A stretch of DNA of 64,000 bases from Mantamonas sphyraenae STR306 (taxonomy: Eukaryota; Protista; CRuMs): assembly GCA_026936335.1 (NCBI GenBank), contig JAPMXV010000010.1, forward strand, positions 1 through 64,000, read 5' to 3'. Positions 61,417 to 64,000 of the stretch are shown here, piece by piece; positions within the stretch are counted from its first letter, which is position 1; every line of letters starts with the position of its first letter. The notes below the pieces were generated by a model. That model saw only the letters and a list, made by a program, of their open reading frames with translations. It did no database searches and was not told the DNA's origin. The translations under genes were made by a program, and so were the position numbers.

Positions 61417-64000
61417 CCGCCTCGGCGCTCACTTCCGCGTCATCACCCTCCTTTTCGCCACCCGTGCTGTTCTCCTCAGGAGGAGTTGGGTGAGATCGCA
61501 CATCGATAAAGGCCACCAGTGGCTTGGACAAGTCGGGGTCTTCGGCAAGGTACTCGGACGCATCCTGAGCATCGACAGCAAACAGCTCGCGCATCGCCTG
61601 CAGCACAACCACAATCAACTCCTGCTTTTCGGTGTGTGACAACAGTGCGGCCAGCGGGCGCACGTGGCCGTCTCCGACAAACGGCGCCGTGGCTTGCTTC
61701 TTGAACACCCGGAACACGTTGGCAAGAATGTGTGCACCCTGCTGCGCCTGCGTCAGCGATCCCGTCAGCTTGTGGAACAGCGTGTACTGGTACGCCTGGT
61801 TGGTGAGCAGCAGCATGCCAGGGTCGGTCGCAGCATCCGTGAAGCGATCCGACAGGTTTGCCACCGTGGCAGTGGCCAGCTCTCGGTTGATGGGGCGGTT
61901 GCTGCCCATCTGCTGGGCCAACACCTCCAACATGCCTGCCTCGAGCATCAGTGGGCAGTTGGTCTCCTTGTTTTCGGAGAGCTTGAGCACGTGCGACAGC
62001 ATGGGCGTGTGCACAGCTTCGTTGCCGCTGTTCAGGATCTTGATGGGGTCGGTCAGGTCGGCCACACTCTGCAGCACTTCGGGTTCGCTGTCGTCGCCCT
62101 CCTCGCCGCCCAGCATTGCTTCCAGTGCTTTGGACGACAGCTCCTCGATGGCGTTTTGCATCTTCTCCACAAACACCTTCTTCTGCTCCGGCTCGTCCAG
62201 CAGAACGGTGATCTCGTTCTGTGTGGGCCACTCCACCTTGAGCAGCTCGTCGCCCATGATGCCCGACTTTCCCAGATCCAGCAGACGCGAGGACATCAGT
62301 TCCACGCGTTCCAGGAACTGGTATTTGTCACGCTTCAGCGGCACCGCAAAGATGAGGATGTCGTTGAAGAGGAACAAGCTCACGGGCCGCCCTTCGTGGT
62401 CGCCTCCAATCTGTGTGGTGCTCAGCTCGTACAGGAACGTGCGGTACGCGTCCACAATTGGCTCAAACTCGCCCACCAGCGAGTCCTGCACTGCGATCAT
62501 CTTGATACGATCCTCAGAGCCCTTGATGGACTCGTTCATGGTGCGTCCCACCGCATCCATCTTTTCCGCCGCCTCGTTGAGGCCCTCGTAGTCCGGGTGC
62601 GAGGGGATGGTGGGTTTGATCAGGTCGCGCAGCAGCAGGTTGTACCTCGGAATGCGCTGCACGGGCATGATGAGGAATGAAGACAGGTCCAGGCCGTTGG
62701 CCTCGGGTTTGTTCTTGCACTCCAGCAGAAACTCGACAAACACGGGGTTTTCCCGCAGCTCGCCCACCTTGTCCGATGCAAGGTTGTAGTTTGCGTAGTA
62801 CGGCGCATACACGTCCAGCTCGTCCATCTGCACGCAAGAGTATGGTGTGTTGGCGGTTGTCAGTTACGTTTGCGCCGTTCACTCACAGCACAGTGCGTGC
62901 ACACAGACACAGACGCGCGAAAAAGGAAAGCGTGTGGCGGGAACGTAGCGTTTTGGCCGGTGTTTTCTCGCACACACGGGTTTGCGAAACGTCTGTTCAC
63001 ACACACGCCTGCACACAGGACGCACACACACACACACATGCACACACAACGTACCACATCCAGGAAAATGTCGGACATGTACTGCAGCGCAGACCACTTG
63101 CTGATGCGCTCTTCGAATCGCGCCAGCAGACGCGAGTTGACTTCGATGATGTCCTCCATGTTGGAGAACAGAAGCTCGACGTCTGATTTGCTCATCTTCA
63201 GCTCGTCCAAACGCGCCATCATAGGTTCTTTCAACACCTGCGCGCATGGTGCCATGCGTACGCCATCCACGTGCACGCCCCTACCGTGTCAGCGTCGCCC
63301 TCAGGACTCGCACACGCTCACACTGCCTTTTTGGGAGCCGACGGGAGGGTCGCCAGTCACATTGCCTCCTCTCTGCGCGAGCCTCTCGTTCGACCCCAGC
63401 CCACAGGGACTCACAACCCACCTTGATGGACGCCTTGAGCGAATTGACGTATGACCGTTCCGACGTCATGATCTCTGTGGCCGTCATGTTGCGCAGCTTG
63501 GCCTTTTTGACTGCGCAGTGGTTCCCGAACCAGCCCCCGCCAGTGCCGGTTCGTTTTTCGTGTTAGCGTTTTGGCCCTCCTCCACACCACCTGTCCCTCC
63601 TCACTCCCGCACATGCACACCCCCTCCTTTGCTCCCATCCCATCCAGACGTCGCCGTCTTGCCACCCGCGCCTTTGCGACATCCTCCCCTCGCCTGCCGC
63701 CGTTGTCCCATTGGGCATCCTTTGCCTCAAGAGGGCCGACGAAAACCTACAAGCCTTCTTGAACTTCTTGCGGTTGCGGAACGACACGTAGCATTTGCGG
63801 ATCGAGTTGGCTGCCTCGTGCACATCGTCCCACCGTTTCTGCGCCCACCGCGGGTCTGCAAACGGGTCGTCTTCGTCCAGGGCGTACGCGTCGTCTGCAA
63901 ACGCCGCGGGCGGCTTGGGCGGCGGCACCGCAAGCGCCCCGTCGCTCACGCCCTCGGGCTCCGAATGCGTAAACTTGGTGCCCTCCCGCTCCGCCTTGAC
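59027..64000 (-). CDS. RhoGEF: IQ-like, DH, PH and C-terminal armadillo repeats (5' end may lie beyond the window)
   Basis: EIMTSERSYV, LFSNMEDI, FLIMPVQRIPRYNLLL (DH); LFLFNDILIF (PH); many ARM-like repeats. Three introns between 62828 and 63750. Confidence 0.9.

Noticed and set aside
9482-62680. Numerous long antisense or overlapping ORFs (e.g. 11070..12707, 14001..15593, 20977..22518, 59763..61187)
   Set aside because: They are shadows of real genes caused by high GC and codon bias, with no recognisable domains.
1-64000. Non-standard genetic code
   Set aside because: Conserved proteins translate cleanly with the standard code, and TGA, TAA and TAG all occur as terminators.

Overview
This is the left end of a eukaryotic chromosome from a GC-rich, gene-dense, flagellated protist (IFT43, CFAP52, G-alpha, RasGEF, DH-RhoGEF and B12-dependent MUT are present). 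It starts with a (CCCTAA)n telomere (1-188). Next comes a subtelomeric tandem duplication (about 361-6970) carrying two paralogues of an unrecognised nuclear protein built from a repeated, roughly 145-aa HTH-like domain (2 copies in gene 1, 4 in gene 2). About 20 tightly packed, mostly intron-containing genes follow: LRR-ANK protein, pecanex, THUMP methyltransferase, MUT, divergent kinesin, coiled-coil protein, TFIIH p52, kinase-PX-RasGEF, AP-3 sigma, CAMK-group kinase, propeller/PSI/multi-TM protein, Zn-finger protein, IFT43, CFAP52, TMEM147, HAUS6, CWF19L2, CLEC16A, G-alpha, MGRN1-like E3, a small basic protein and RhoGEF-ARM. Window-scale features are a strong C>G strand skew near the telomere that ignores gene direction, intergenic gaps of only 13-100 bp, and four apparent single-base frame breaks. 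Gene models were spliced by eye and family calls come from recognised motifs, not database searches.
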